Program-made: the position numbers and the translations under genes | Assembly: GCA_039028615.1 (NCBI GenBank) | Contig: JBCCHT010000001.1 | Span: forward strand, 32,001-96,000 | DNA length: 64,000 nucleotides | Direction: 5' to 3' | From: Myxococcota bacterium | GTDB lineage: Bacteria > Myxococcota_A > Polyangia > Nannocystales > Nannocystaceae | The notes under the pieces: generated by a model | Database searches by the model: none | What the model saw: the letters and a program-made list of their open reading frames with translations, nothing else | What the model was told of the DNA's origin: nothing | Shown: positions 62,564 through 64,000 of the stretch, piece after piece | Position numbering within the stretch: the first letter of the stretch is position 1 | Layout of the letters: every line of letters starts with the position of its first letter

Positions 62564-63123
62564 CAGACGGGCTCCTTGGCGTCGGTGCCCTGACGAAAGC
62601 GTTGATACCGGATCGCGACCAGGTCGTTGTCGGTCTGCAGCTCCAGCTCGTCCATGCCGCGCGGCGAGGGGCCCGTCTCCACGCCGCCATCGAGCGAGAA
62701 GAACGAGTCGTGACACGGACAGATGAACTTGTCGTTGTCGCCGTCATAGTCGATGGCGCAGCCGAGGTGCGGACACACCGTGGACATCGCCATGAGCTTG
62801 CCTTCGCGCTGACGGACCCATGCCGAGCCCACCTTGACCTGCACCACGCGATTCCAGGCATCGACGCGATCGGCATAGAGGTCGACCTTGACCGGCGTCT
62901 CGCCTACGAACTGCGCCATCTTGCCCACCGGGATGAACTCGTCCGAACCACTGGTGGTCGGCGTGCTCAGCGGGTGAAGTAAGAAGGACGTCGCCGGCAC
63001 GGCGACCGCGGCCGCGACACAGGCCCCTACGGCACCGGCCCCCGCCAACATGAACCGACGCCGCGAGCCGTCCTCGGTCGCGGCAGATCCGTCTCCATCT
63101 CGTCCTCGATCACTGTCCGCCAT
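62563..63123 (-). CDS. qcrA: Rieske [2Fe-2S] protein of a Rieske/cytochrome b complex
   Basis: Tat motif SRRRFM plus TM helix; CPHLGC and CPCHDSFF; GPSPR. Confidence 0.93.
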   Translation of the reverse strand: MADSDRGRDGDGSAATEDGSRRRFMLAGAGAVGACVAAAVAVPATSFLLHPLSTPTTSGSDEFIPVGKMAQFVGETPVKVDLYADRVDAWNRVVQVKVGSAWVRQREGKLMAMSTVCPHLGCAIDYDGDNDKFICPCHDSFFSLDGGVETGPSPRGMDELELQTDNDLVAIRYQRFRQGTDAKEPV

Positions 63124-63449
63124 CGGTATCGTCTTCTCGTGATGTTCGTGCGCAGCCGAAATCGTCCGGCCCGGGGATGCTCACCCCCACAGAGTGTAGA
63201 TGCAGCGCGGTCTCCCCACGACGCGCGACATCGGCCTGCCGTGCTCCCGCAAAATCGCAAGCGAAGCCGCAACGTTACAACCGGGCAGCAAAAGCCGTTC
63301 GCGGCCGACAACCGCTCACAAGGCAGTGGGGCCCACCCTTTTGACTCGATCTCACGGTAGGATTCGACGAAATCGACGATCCCATCGATCCCGATGCGGC
63401 CCCGCGACGTAGCGAGGTCGGCCCCTCGAGGATGAGTTTGGAGACCACC

Positions 63450-64000
63450 GTGCGACACATCGTAGTGCCTACGCTCTTTGCCGCCCTCGCCGCCTGCGGC
63501 GGAGCCCCATCCGCTCCCACGAAGGCCGAGTCCACCCCGGCCCCTGCCGCTCAGGCCTCCGCGGCCGCGGCTGCGTCCGCCTCCACCGCGAGCCCGGCCG
63601 CCAAGGCAGCCGCCGCGAAGGCTCATCCTGTGACCTTCGAGGCCCAGCTGGCGCTCCTCGACGCCGAGATCGCCGCCCGTAAGAAGGTCGCCCAACAAAA
63701 TGGTCGGTCCGGCCTGGCGTTCGGCAACGTCGCCTCGCTGTACATGACGCGGGCCCGCCTGTCCGGGGACTGGGGCGACTACGCCGCAGCGGAGGAAAAC
63801 GTCGACCAGGCCTTCGCGGTGAGCAAGACGGGCAAGACCGGTCCGTTCATCGTGCGGGCGCGCCTGAACTACACGCTGCATCGGCTCGACCGGGTCGACG
63901 AGGACTTCGCCACCGCGGCCAAGCTGCCCACCAACTCGGGTGACGCCAAGCGCAGCCACGAGCTGTTTGCGGCCAACCTGGCGTTCCAGCGCGGCCAGTA
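63450..64000 (+). CDS. TPR-like lipoprotein (5' part; runs off the window)
   Basis: Manual translation: (M)RHIVVPTLFAALAA-CGGAPS, Ala-rich linker, then helical repeats (LYMTRARLSGDWGDYAAAE...RARLNYTLHRL). Alternative in-frame ATG at 63432. Confidence 0.7.
   Translation, partial: MRHIVVPTLFAALAACGGAPSAPTKAESTPAPAAQASAAAAASASTASPAAKAAAAKAHPVTFEAQLALLDAEIAARKKVAQQNGRSGLAFGNVASLYMTRARLSGDWGDYAAAEENVDQAFAVSKTGKTGPFIVRARLNYTLHRLDRVDEDFATAAKLPTNSGDAKRSHELFAANLAFQRGQ

Overview
High-GC chromosomal window from a myxobacterium, probably Nannocystaceae-like. This is inferred from a MYXO-CTERM sorting tail, lipoproteins with Ser/Thr/Gly/Asp linkers and the split nuo cluster. Most of it is housekeeping and envelope/energy genes: two LolC/E-type permeases, tatA, a LysM lytic transglycosylase, moeA, an RluA synthase, a PP2C phosphatase, gcvP, nuoE-F-J-K-L-M-N, mpl, mnmG, cobA-hemD, a 7-gene V/A-type ATPase operon and a Rieske/cytochrome b-c pair. 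No rRNA, tRNA, CRISPR array, integrase or transposase was recognised. The most unusual signals are: (1) five copies of a ~160-190 bp non-coding repeat with an invariant bulged core and closing stems that differ in sequence but still pair; four copies form two inverted pairs around small ORFs, and all sit in zones of strong strand-specific G/T skew; (2) a cytochrome b that has lost both heme bH axial histidines while keeping the bL ligands, the PEWY motif and a fused diheme c domain; (3) a probable Zur-box-controlled operon (Cys-tailed flavoprotein, small membrane protein, COG4337/iota-type carbonic anhydrase); (4) a Na+-signature V-ATPase operon head-to-head with a GcvA-like LysR; (5) domain fusions (Mpl-GNAT, LeuD-LeuC-type aconitase). 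All calls come from reading motifs by eye; no database searches were run.
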